In this document: piece by piece, positions 1 to 8,488 of the stretch | Layout of the letters: every line of letters starts with the position of its first letter | Numbering within the stretch: the first letter of the stretch is position 1 | Assembly: GCA_963786935.1 (NCBI GenBank) | Contig: CAWBAN010000003.1 | Location: 384,001-448,000 of the forward strand | Direction: 5' to 3' | Source: an uncultured bacterium | Lineage (GTDB): Bacteria > Krumholzibacteriota > Krumholzibacteriia > Krumholzibacteriales > Krumholzibacteriaceae | Length of the DNA stretch: 64,000 nt | Notes under the pieces: generated by a model | The model's database searches: none | What the model was told of the DNA's origin: nothing | Seen by the model: the letters and a program-made list of their open reading frames with translations, nothing else | Made by a program: the position numbers and the translations under genes

Positions 1-1
1 G

Positions 2-898
2 ACCGAGCGCGAGCGCGTCCCGCTCGTGTACATCACGGTCACGAACAACACGGGGGGCGGCCAGCCCGTTTCGATGGAGAATATCAAGCGCGTGCGCGAG
101 ATCACGCGGAAGCACCGCGTGCCGTTCTTCTTCGACGCGTGCCGTTTCGCGGAGAACGCGTGGTTCATCCAGCGGAACGAGAAGGGCTACGCCGCGAAGA
201 GCATCGAGGAGATCGTGCACGAGATGTTCGCGCACGCGGACGGATTCCACATCAGTTTCAAGAAGGACGGGCTCGGCAACATCGGCGGGGCCCTCTGTCT
301 CCGGGAGGAGAGCTTCTTCACGGAGCGGTTCCCGGCGTTCGCGAACGAGATCACCGATTACCAGATCATGACCGAGGGGCATCCGACTTACGGGGGGCTC
401 GCGGGGCGCGACCTCAAGGCGCTCGCCGAAGGGCTGCGCACCGTCACGCGCCGGGAGTACCTCGATTGCCGTATCGGGCAGGTGCGGCGGTTCGGCGACC
501 GGCTCGCCGCGCTCGGTATTCCGATCGTTCGCCCGATCGGGGGGCACGCGATATACATCGACATCGACCGGTTTTTCGACGGCGCCGCGCGCGACGACGA
601 GTTCAAGGGGCTCGCCTTCACGTCGCTCCTCCTCATCGCCGGGCATCGCTTCTGCGAGCTCGGTCTCTATGCGTTCGGCGCCTTCGACGGCGAGAAGGAA
701 TCGCCGCCCGAGCCCCGCGTGAACAACGTGCGGGCGGCCGTTCCGCGTCTCGCGTACGAGGACCAGGACCTCTTCGCGGCGGCCGAGGCGGTGAAGCTCC
801 TGCACGACCATCGCGACCGTATCCCGGGGGTTCGCGTCGAGTACGGGCGCGACCTCAAGCTCAGGCATTTCAAGAGCCGCTTCTCGTTCCTCGGCTGA
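2..898 (+). CDS. Tryptophanase / tyrosine phenol-lyase family PLP-dependent beta-eliminating lyase (5' truncated by window edge)
   Basis: Motifs TNNTGGGQPVS, DACRFAENA, PLP-lysine motif SFKKD, TYGGLAGRD, GGHAIYID and C-terminal LRHF. The frame is open back to position 2. Confidence 0.85.
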   Translation, partial: TERERVPLVYITVTNNTGGGQPVSMENIKRVREITRKHRVPFFFDACRFAENAWFIQRNEKGYAAKSIEEIVHEMFAHADGFHISFKKDGLGNIGGALCLREESFFTERFPAFANEITDYQIMTEGHPTYGGLAGRDLKALAEGLRTVTRREYLDCRIGQVRRFGDRLAALGIPIVRPIGGHAIYIDIDRFFDGAARDDEFKGLAFTSLLLIAGHRFCELGLYAFGAFDGEKESPPEPRVNNVRAAVPRLAYEDQDLFAAAEAVKLLHDHRDRIPGVRVEYGRDLKLRHFKSRFSFLG

Positions 899-968
899 GG
901 AGCGTTCGTCCGTCCCGGTTCCGGCGGCGATCCGCGTTCCGCGCGGTTTCAGCGCGAATTCCGTGAAA

Positions 969-985
969 CTGGAATGTTTCCTGCA
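969..985 (+). promoter_or_regulatory. Possible sigma-54 (-24/-12) promoter of the histidine kinase
   Basis: CTGGAATGTTTCCTGCA: GG (971-972), N10, GC (983-984), about 90 nt upstream of the GTG start; partial match to YTGGCACGNNNNTTGCW. Confidence 0.35.
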
Positions 986-1074
986 GGTTATCGGCACGTT
1001 CGAGCCGCGGCCGCGCGTGAGAAGCGGGCCGGGCGCTATCGCACGGCCGAAATGACGAACCTCCGGGAGCAGCC

Positions 1075-2751
1075 GTGAAGAATTCGACCGAAGAAACCGC
1101 GATTCCGATCGTCGAATGCGACAGCTGCCGCGATCGGACCGACGAGATGCGGCAGCTCGCCGCGGTCATGGAGATCGCGAACGCCATCAATTCGCGGACC
1201 GATCTCAACGAGATTCTCTCCGCGATTTCGAAAGAGCTGTCGAAGGTCATCGAATACGACCTCGGCTGCGTCGCCATCTACGAAAAGGAGCGGAACGGCC
1301 TCTTCATGAGGCACGTCTGGCGCACGTCAGGGGAGCGCACGGGGGAAGGGCGCTACGTGCCGCTCGACGAGAGCAACCTCGTCGGATGGGTCGCGATCCA
1401 CCGGAAGCCGGTCCTGCGCGGGAACATTCCCGACGACCCCCGGTTCCGGGAGGTCATGAAGGAAGATTCCCTCAAGTCCGATATCGTCGCCCCGCTGATC
1501 GCGAACGGGGAGCTCGTCGGCACGGTGAACCTGGGGAGCCACGCGAGCGGTCATTTCACCGATTTCGACCTCGACCTCCTCGTGCGGTTCAGCAAGCTCA
1601 CGGCGATCGCGATCGAGAAATCCAAGGCGCTCGACGAGCTCGGGGAGCTCAGCGAGCGGTACCGCCTCCTCATGCTGAACGCGAACGAGATCATCATGAT
1701 CGCCAATACCGCCGCCGAAATCATCGAGGGCAACAGGGCTCTGTACGACATTTCCGGCTACACTCCCGAGGAAATGATCGGCCGCGAGATGTTCGCCTTC
1801 ATGCTTCCCGATCGGCGCGAAGACGCGAAAAAGATATACTGCGGCATTCTCAAGGGGGATGTCGCGCACATACCCGAGCTTCCGTTCGTCAAGAAGAACG
1901 GCCAGGTCGTCGATCTCGAAATGAGCGTCGCCACGATCCGGATTAAGGATCATCCGTACGTGCTCGCCATCGCGCACGACATCACCGAGCGCAAGGCGCT
2001 CCAGGAGCGCATCACGCAGCAGAACGCCGAGCTCAAGGCGATCAACGGCAAGCTGCAGGAGCTCGACAATCTCAAAAACGAGTTCCTCGGGCGCGTCAGC
2101 CACGAGCTCCGCACGCCGCTGTCGATCATTATGGCGTACACGAACACGCTCCTCGAGGACCCCGAACAGGCGATCGATCCGGAGACGAGGGCCGATTTTC
2201 TCCGCGTTATCGAGGGGCATTCGAACAAGCTGCTCGGGCTCATCAACGACCTGCTCGATCTCTCCCGCGTCGAGGTATCGGACGCCATGCTCCACCAGAG
2301 CGAGGGGAGCCTCAACGAGATCGTCACGATCTCGGCGAAGATCGCCGAGGCGCTCGCGGTGCAGAGCCGCGTGACGCTCGTGACGGATCTGGACGAAACG
2401 ATTCCCATCGTCACGTTCGATCCGCTCCGGATCAGGCAGGCCTGCGTGCATCTGCTCACGAACGCGATCAAGTTCAGCGGCACGGGGGACGCGGTCACGA
2501 TCGCTTCGCGGAACGAAGAGCACGAGGTCGTCGTGTCGGTGCGGGACCACGGCCCCGGCATCGAGGCCGAGGATATCCCCGAAGTGTTCGAGAAATTCAA
2601 TCAGCTCGACGGCGGTTCCTCGCGGGAGCGCGAGGGTCTCGGCATCGGCCTCAAGCTCGTGAAGCATTACGTGGAGCTCCACGGCGGCAGGGTGTGGATC
2701 GAGAGCGAAAAGGGAGCCGGATCGACGTTCTCGTTCTCGCTCCCGAAGTAG
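1075..2751 (+). CDS. Cytoplasmic sensor histidine kinase (GAF-PAS-HisKA-HATPase_c)
   Basis: GAF (LVGWV...IVAPL...GTVNL), PAS/PAC (GYTPEEMIGR...DITERK), H-box SHELRTPL, N-box LLTNAIKF, G-boxes DHGPGI and GLGIGL. No transmembrane segment. Confidence 0.92.
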   Translation: MKNSTEETAIPIVECDSCRDRTDEMRQLAAVMEIANAINSRTDLNEILSAISKELSKVIEYDLGCVAIYEKERNGLFMRHVWRTSGERTGEGRYVPLDESNLVGWVAIHRKPVLRGNIPDDPRFREVMKEDSLKSDIVAPLIANGELVGTVNLGSHASGHFTDFDLDLLVRFSKLTAIAIEKSKALDELGELSERYRLLMLNANEIIMIANTAAEIIEGNRALYDISGYTPEEMIGREMFAFMLPDRREDAKKIYCGILKGDVAHIPELPFVKKNGQVVDLEMSVATIRIKDHPYVLAIAHDITERKALQERITQQNAELKAINGKLQELDNLKNEFLGRVSHELRTPLSIIMAYTNTLLEDPEQAIDPETRADFLRVIEGHSNKLLGLINDLLDLSRVEVSDAMLHQSEGSLNEIVTISAKIAEALAVQSRVTLVTDLDETIPIVTFDPLRIRQACVHLLTNAIKFSGTGDAVTIASRNEEHEVVVSVRDHGPGIEAEDIPEVFEKFNQLDGGSSREREGLGIGLKLVKHYVELHGGRVWIESEKGAGSTFSFSLPK

Positions 2752-2818
2752 CGGTTTCCCCCGAGCGTTTTTCCCGACGCGCCTTCCCCGAATCGTCCCC
2801 CCCGACAGCGGGCCATTC

Positions 2819-3802
2819 TCAGGAAACGACGAGCACGCCGTTCTCGATGCCCACCGTGCGCGTGATCGACGTGACGGCGAGTCCGCCGATCTTCATCTCG
2901 CTCGTCGGGTCCGCGGAATCGGCGGTTTCGACGAGTATCCGCGCGAGGGCGTCGATCTCCTTGCCCTGCTCGATGATCATGCTGCCCGCCGTGACGACGC
3001 CGTGCCGCAGGAGGTAGGAGATGAGCCCCGCCGCCGCCGTTCCCGACGCGGGATCCTCCCACATGCCGAGGGCAGGCGCGAAGTGGCGCATGTACGCGAC
3101 GCAATCGGGCGAATACGTGTCGACGGCGAAGACGTGGTTCGTGTCGATGCCGAGCGCGCGGTTCATGAGGCCGAGCTTGATGAGATCGGGATTCATGTCG
3201 TGGATCGTTTCCTTGCGAGCGACGGGGATCATGAGCTGCTCGAAGCCCGTCGAGATGATCTCGAGCGGGAGCCCCGTCCGCCGGATGTCGGCCGGGTCGA
3301 GCCCGAGAATCTTCGCGACGTCCTGAACGGGAACGTTCGAAGGCCGGTGCCGCCGCACGGTCTGATGGAGCATGATCTTCTCGAGCACGCCGGAGTCCGC
3401 GCCTTTGATCGCGAGAACGGCGCCGCCCGCTCCCGCGTCCGCCGCCCCGCGCCTGAAGTGGATGTCGAGTTGGATGAGACCGGCCCTCGTTTCGAAGACG
3501 GCCTTCGTCACGCCGTCATCGAGCGGAACCCTCCCGTCCTCGATGAGGGCGTAGCAGGACGCGATGATCGCGTGTCCGCTCAGATCTATTTCCTCGATCG
3601 GCGTGAAGAAGCGGATCCGGTAGAGCGCCTCGTCGGTCGAGGGGAGTGTGACGAACGTCGTCTCCGAGAGATTCAGCTCGGCGGCGATCGCGAGCATCTG
3701 ATCGCTCGAGAGCGAATCGGCCTCGGTCACGACGCCGGCCGGATTGCCGCTGAACGGATTCGTCGTGAACACGTCAACGTGCTTCATCACGATGTTCTGC
3801 AT
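2819..3802 (-). CDS. PhzF / DAP-epimerase-fold family isomerase
   Basis: VDVFT..PFSGNPAGVV, LSETTFV, RIRFFTP..EIDLSGHA, EDPASG. Start placed at ATG 3802 after an AAGGAAGGA RBS. Confidence 0.88.
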   Translation of the reverse strand: MQNIVMKHVDVFTTNPFSGNPAGVVTEADSLSSDQMLAIAAELNLSETTFVTLPSTDEALYRIRFFTPIEEIDLSGHAIIASCYALIEDGRVPLDDGVTKAVFETRAGLIQLDIHFRRGAADAGAGGAVLAIKGADSGVLEKIMLHQTVRRHRPSNVPVQDVAKILGLDPADIRRTGLPLEIISTGFEQLMIPVARKETIHDMNPDLIKLGLMNRALGIDTNHVFAVDTYSPDCVAYMRHFAPALGMWEDPASGTAAAGLISYLLRHGVVTAGSMIIEQGKEIDALARILVETADSADPTSEMKIGGLAVTSITRTVGIENGVLVVS

Positions 3803-4003
3803 GGCGTTTTCCTTCCTTCGATTCCGTTGCAAAAAGCGAGCGGGGCGGTGCAAAGTCCGCGCTTCTTGCGCATTGTCCTTCCCCGTTTCTCCGTGCAACC
3901 CGATGTTCTTCGATTTGTGTAACTCATTGTATTATATAATCTTGAATGCACTCAGGGCGTGGTCGCCGTCTTCCGGCTTCCCAACCGGGTCCGCGTCCCT
4001 ATG

Positions 4004-4019
4004 TGGTATAGCAATTGCA
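4004..4019 (+). promoter_or_regulatory. Sigma-54 (RpoN) promoter of the chemosensory operon
   Basis: TGGTATAGCAATTGCA: TGG at 4004-4006, TTGCA at 4015-4019, exact GG-N10-GC spacing. An AT-rich, IHF-like TAACTCATTGTAT lies at 3920-3932. Confidence 0.6.
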
Positions 4020-4153
4020 AATCCGATTCCCCGAAGCCGGTTGCGGCCGCCGGGGGCGACGCCGGCGAAACCGATTCATATATACCGCTTCGCGACGGGG
4101 AAGTCCCGTCCGCGGGGCGCGTTCACCCGTTATCGTCGCGCTCGGGAGTAACG

Positions 4154-4984
4154 ATGGCGCTGATTCAGATGAGCATGGGCGAGCTCCTCGCCAACCTGCA
4201 GACGAAGTTCGGGAAGGATCTCTCGAACTATCGCCTCTCGTGCATCCAGCGAAGGCTTTCGCTCAGAATGACGCTCCTCAAGATCGCCTCCCTCGACGAA
4301 TACATGGAATACCTCTGCGCCCATCCCGGCGAAATCGAACAGCTCCTCGACACGGTCACGATTCACGTCACCGAGTTTTTCCGGGATCCCGAGGTCTTCG
4401 ACGCGATCGCGAAGACCGTCCTTCCGGAGATCGTTTCGCGCAAGCTGCGTTCGCCGTCGCGGACGATCCGCGTATGGAGCGCGGGCTGCTCGACCGGCGA
4501 AGAGACGTACAGCCTCGCCATGCTCATGATGCGGCAGCTTCGTCTCGGCGGCGCCGACCTCGCGCTCGAGGTATACGGAACGGACGTGTCGAACGACGCC
4601 GTGGCGACCGCGATCGAAGGGGTCTACGACGCCCGCAAGATCGAGGGCGTGCCCGAGGATATCAGACGCAAGTGCCTCCGGGCGCAGGGGACGGGGTATC
4701 GCGTCGCCTCCGAGGTGCGGCGGTGCGTGGGATTCTCCGTTCACGATCTCTTCTCCCCGGCCCCCTATTCCCTGCTCGATCTCGTCGTGTGCCGGAACGT
4801 TCTCATTCATTTCGATCAGCGGGCGCGCGACGGCGTTCTCAAGGAATTTCACGCGGCTCTCGGAAATTCCGGGCTGCTCGTTCTCGGCAGGAGCGAGGCC
4901 GTCGCGGGGGCGGCCCTCGATTGGTATGAGCTCGTCGATCCCCGGAACAAGGTGTACCGGAAGATCGTCCTCCGCAACTCCTGA
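4154..4984 (+). CDS. cheR: Chemotaxis protein methyltransferase CheR
   Basis: TIHVTEFFRD, RVWSAGCSTGEETYSLA, DLVVCRNVLIHF, LVLGRSE. GGGAG RBS precedes ATG 4154. Confidence 0.93.
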   Translation: MALIQMSMGELLANLQTKFGKDLSNYRLSCIQRRLSLRMTLLKIASLDEYMEYLCAHPGEIEQLLDTVTIHVTEFFRDPEVFDAIAKTVLPEIVSRKLRSPSRTIRVWSAGCSTGEETYSLAMLMMRQLRLGGADLALEVYGTDVSNDAVATAIEGVYDARKIEGVPEDIRRKCLRAQGTGYRVASEVRRCVGFSVHDLFSPAPYSLLDLVVCRNVLIHFDQRARDGVLKEFHAALGNSGLLVLGRSEAVAGAALDWYELVDPRNKVYRKIVLRNS

Positions 4985-4996
4985 AGGAGGGAGACA

Positions 4997-6388
4997 ATGA
5001 AATTCAGTCTTCACGGAAACAGCATCAGCATGAAGCTGATCAGCTCGATGGCGCTCGTTATTCTCGGCGTCTTTCTCATGAACTATCTGGCGTTCATGTA
5101 TTTCTCGGGGAACGCCTTCGAGAAGATGGCGTCGGTATCGGCGGGAACGCAGCTCGCCGCGGGGCAGACGCAGCGGGATCAGGCGCTCGGCTATCTCCGT
5201 GTCCGCTCCCTGTCGATCGTCGCCCTCACGCTGTTCGCCGGGTTCGCCGCGTTCAGCGCGGTCGCGTTCATGGTCCTGAAGCGGCCCATGGCCCAGCTCC
5301 TCGCGGCGAGCCGGGCGCTCGCCAACAACGCGGGCGATCTCACGACCACCGTCGACATCAAGTCCGACGACGAGCTCGGGAGGCTCGGCTTCGCGCTGAA
5401 CGAGCTCTTCGCGAACATATCCGGGATCATCCAGATGATCAGGACGACCGCCGACAAGGTGAATTTCTCCGCACAGAACCTCTCGGCGGCCACCGAGCAG
5501 ATGAACTCCATCACCGAGGAGACGTCGACAACGGTGCAGAACATCGCGAAATCGACCGACGTGCAGGCGCGCAAGGTCGACGAGATGATCAAGGAAATCC
5601 GCAACATGGAGCGTTCGGTGAAGCAGGTGGCCAACAGCGCCGAGCTCGCGGCGTCCGCCGCGACGAACGCGTCCGACACCGCCGCGCGGGGAGGAGACTC
5701 GGCCAAGGAAGCGGTCGAGAAGATCAACAAGATCTACAACGTCATCCAGGAATCGGCCGAGATCATCAGACACCTCGGCAAATGGTCCGAACAGATCGGG
5801 GAGATCGTCGACGTCATCACCGATATCGCCGATCAGACGAATCTGCTCGCCCTGAACGCCGCCATCGAGGCCGCGCGGGCGGGCGAGGCGGGGAGCGGGT
5901 TCGCGGTGGTCGCCGACGAGGTGCGCAAGCTCGCCGAGGGGAGCGCGCGCGCCGCCGAGGAGATCGCGACGCTCATCAGACAGACGCAGGAAGAGACGCG
6001 CACGGCCGTGAAGAGCATCGAGCTCGGCGCGAAAGAGGTCACGGAAGGCAAGGAAGTCATCACGAGGACGGGGCAGTCCCTCGACGAGATCGTCGACGTC
6101 CTCCGCAGCTCGTCCGACATGGCCCGCCGGATCTCCGCGGCGACGAAGGAGCTCTCCCGCGGCATGAAGAACGTCACGGGCTCGATCGACGAGATCTCCT
6201 CGACCGCCGAGAAGAACGCCTCGGCGACGCAGGAGACGGCCGCATCGATGCAGCAGATGACCTCGAGCATGGAGGACGTCGCGTCCTCGGCCCAGAAGCT
6301 GAGCGAGATGGCGATCCAGCTCCGCCAGCACGTGGGCAAATTCAACGTGGGCTCGTCCGCGAAGGTCGAGGAAACGGTGAGCGCCTGA
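4997..6388 (+). CDS. Methyl-accepting chemotaxis protein (2 TM, short loop, HAMP, about 44H signalling domain)
   Basis: HAMP (GDLT...DELGRL), hairpin [38 protein letters not shown]. Two hydrophobic segments are separated by only about 35 aa. Confidence 0.95.
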   Translation: MKFSLHGNSISMKLISSMALVILGVFLMNYLAFMYFSGNAFEKMASVSAGTQLAAGQTQRDQALGYLRVRSLSIVALTLFAGFAAFSAVAFMVLKRPMAQLLAASRALANNAGDLTTTVDIKSDDELGRLGFALNELFANISGIIQMIRTTADKVNFSAQNLSAATEQMNSITEETSTTVQNIAKSTDVQARKVDEMIKEIRNMERSVKQVANSAELAASAATNASDTAARGGDSAKEAVEKINKIYNVIQESAEIIRHLGKWSEQIGEIVDVITDIADQTNLLALNAAIEAARAGEAGSGFAVVADEVRKLAEGSARAAEEIATLIRQTQEETRTAVKSIELGAKEVTEGKEVITRTGQSLDEIVDVLRSSSDMARRISAATKELSRGMKNVTGSIDEISSTAEKNASATQETAASMQQMTSSMEDVASSAQKLSEMAIQLRQHVGKFNVGSSAKVEETVSA

Positions 6389-6406
6389 GCAAAGGAATGA
6401 TGAGCG

Positions 6407-6895
6407 ATGAAATACGAAAGAGCGTATGACCGGACCCACAAGGGAATGCAGCTCGTCACGTTCCGGCTCGGCGCCGAGTACTACGGCATTCACGTGGCGA
6501 AGGTGCGCGAGATTCTGCGGCCGCTCGAGCTCTTCCCCGTGCCGGGCATGGGGAAGCACATCGAGGGGGTCATCAACCTTCGGGGGGAGATCATCCCGAT
6601 CGCGAAGCTGCACCTGCTGCTCGGCATCGAAGCCGGCGCCGGCGAGCACAAGGGGAGGATGATCATCCTCGAAACGTCGCGGGGGAGCTTCGGCTTCTTC
6701 GTCGACGAGGTGCTCGAAGTGACGAGGATTCAAACGGAAGAGATGCAGGCGTCGCCCGAGCTCGCCAAGCGCGAGGGACGGCGGGACGTGGTGACGGGCA
6801 TCGCGAGAGTCTCCGGCCGCATGGTCGTTTGCCTGAACTCCGATACACTCATCTCCGACGACATGATGGCAAAGGAGCTCGCGATTGGCGGTTAG
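6407..6895 (+). CDS. cheW: Chemotaxis coupling protein CheW
   Basis: QLVTFRLG.EYYGI...VREI, GVINLRGEIIP, GFFVDEV. Confidence 0.93.
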   Translation: MKYERAYDRTHKGMQLVTFRLGAEYYGIHVAKVREILRPLELFPVPGMGKHIEGVINLRGEIIPIAKLHLLLGIEAGAGEHKGRMIILETSRGSFGFFVDEVLEVTRIQTEEMQASPELAKREGRRDVVTGIARVSGRMVVCLNSDTLISDDMMAKELAIGG

Positions 6896-7391
6896 CAAGG
6901 GAATCGAACGCGCGATCTGCGTGGACGTGGCCCAGTTTCGGATCGGACAGGCGCCGGCGCGGATCATGACGATGGCGCTCGGATCCTGTCTCGGCATCGT
7001 GCTCTACGATCCCGAGACGAAGACCGGCGCGCTCGCCCATGCGATGCATCCGCGGCGGGAACGGGTGAAGAACAACATGAACCGTTCGAAGTTCGTCGAC
7101 TCCGTGATTCCGCTGCTCCTCGAACGGATGCTCCAGTGGGGGGCGCGGCGGGAGACGATCGTCGCGAAGATTTTCGGGGGGGCCCGCATGTTCGACGGAT
7201 TCACGGGATGCCGCGGCATACTCCAGATCGGGGACGAGAACATCGTCGCGGCGCGCGAGGTGCTCCATGAGTTCGGGATCCCGATCGTGGCCGAATGCGT
7301 CGGGGGACAGGCCGGGCGGACGATTTGTCTCGATTCGACGGATGGGAGCGTTCTCGTGCGGGGGCTGAACGACTCCGAGGAGATCTATTGA
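6885..7391 (+). CDS. cheD: Chemoreceptor glutamine deamidase CheD
   Basis: LGSC catalytic Cys, AHAM His, AKIFGGARMF, IGDENI, GGQAGRTI. TTG start with AAGGAG RBS. Confidence 0.92.
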   Translation: MAVSKGIERAICVDVAQFRIGQAPARIMTMALGSCLGIVLYDPETKTGALAHAMHPRRERVKNNMNRSKFVDSVIPLLLERMLQWGARRETIVAKIFGGARMFDGFTGCRGILQIGDENIVAAREVLHEFGIPIVAECVGGQAGRTICLDSTDGSVLVRGLNDSEEIY

Positions 7392-8488
7392 TGGACGCGC
7401 AGCGAAAAGCCGAGCGGGCACGCCCGATTCGAGTCGTCGTCGGGGAGGATTCGCCTCTCATCCGGACGATGATCGTCGAGGCGCTCGAAGGCGATCCCGA
7501 GATCGCGGTCGTCGGGAAATGCGCGGACGGCCGCGCGGTCCTCAAGAGCGTCGCGGAGCTCAAGCCCGACTGCGTCACGCTCGATCTCGACATGCCGCGC
7601 ATGAACGGTCTCGAAACGCTCCGGTACATCATGAGCGAATGGCCGACGCCCGTCGTCATCGTGAGCGGATACACGGCCGAGGGCGCGAATCTCGCGCTCA
7701 CCTGCCTCGAATACGGCGCCGTCGATTTCATCACCAAGACGTGCGGGGGGAACCGGTTCCCCGCGGACGAGCTCGTCGCGAAGGTCCGGGGCGCCGCCGG
7801 CGTCGACGTTCGGCGGATGCGGTTCGCGGCCCCGGGGATCGACATCGGGATCAAGCGGCGGAGAACCCGCGCGTCGTCTCTCGGCGCGGTCGTCGTGATC
7901 GGGGCGAGCACGGGAGGGCCGCAGGCGCTCATGGATATCATTCCGCGGCTGCCCGCCGATCTTCCCGCGGGGGTCGTCATCGTGCAGCACATGCCCCCGA
8001 ACTTCACGGCGTCGCTCGCGGAGCGGCTCGACGGCCGTTCGCAGATCGAGGTGCGGGAGGCGATCGAGGGGGACGCGATTCTGGCCGGCCGCGCGCTCGT
8101 GGTGCCCGGCGGCATGCATCTGTTCCTCGAGGAGCGGGAAGGATTTCCCTGCGTCATGCTCCTCGGCAAGAACACCCTGCAGCGCACGGCGTGCCCGTCG
8201 ATCGATTTCACCATGACGTCCTTCGCGCCGATCTTCCGGGAACGGCTCATCGGCGTCGTCCTCACCGGCATGGGGCGCGACGGATCGGCGGGGTGCGCGG
8301 CGATCCGCCGGTACGCCGGGCGCGTGCTCTGTCAGGACAAGGAAACGAGTCTCATTTTCGGGATGCCGGGGAGCGTGATCGCGGACGGGCTCGCCGACGC
8401 GGTCAGCCCGCTCGACGGGATCGCGGAGGCGATCGTCCGCCGTACACGCGAAATCGTTTCAGGGGAGTGCGTGCATGAACGTGAGTGA
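7391..8488 (+). CDS. cheB: Chemotaxis methylesterase CheB (REC + methylesterase)
   Basis: REC domain LDLDMPRMNG; catalytic triad motifs GASTGGP, VQHMP, LTGMGRDG. Start overlaps the cheD stop (TGATG). Confidence 0.94.
   Translation: MDAQRKAERARPIRVVVGEDSPLIRTMIVEALEGDPEIAVVGKCADGRAVLKSVAELKPDCVTLDLDMPRMNGLETLRYIMSEWPTPVVIVSGYTAEGANLALTCLEYGAVDFITKTCGGNRFPADELVAKVRGAAGVDVRRMRFAAPGIDIGIKRRRTRASSLGAVVVIGASTGGPQALMDIIPRLPADLPAGVVIVQHMPPNFTASLAERLDGRSQIEVREAIEGDAILAGRALVVPGGMHLFLEEREGFPCVMLLGKNTLQRTACPSIDFTMTSFAPIFRERLIGVVLTGMGRDGSAGCAAIRRYAGRVLCQDKETSLIFGMPGSVIADGLADAVSPLDGIAEAIVRRTREIVSGECVHERE

Noticed and set aside
992..1005. GGCACG-containing element resembling a sigma-54 -24 box
   Set aside because: GG-to-GC spacing is 9 nt, not the required 10.
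2819..3802. Phenazine biosynthesis cluster
   Set aside because: Only a lone PhzF-fold gene; no phzA/B, D, E or G.
4130..6997. 955-aa antisense ORF over cheR/mcp/cheW
   Set aside because: Shadow ORF caused by high-GC codon bias; no motifs, and it overlaps well-supported genes.
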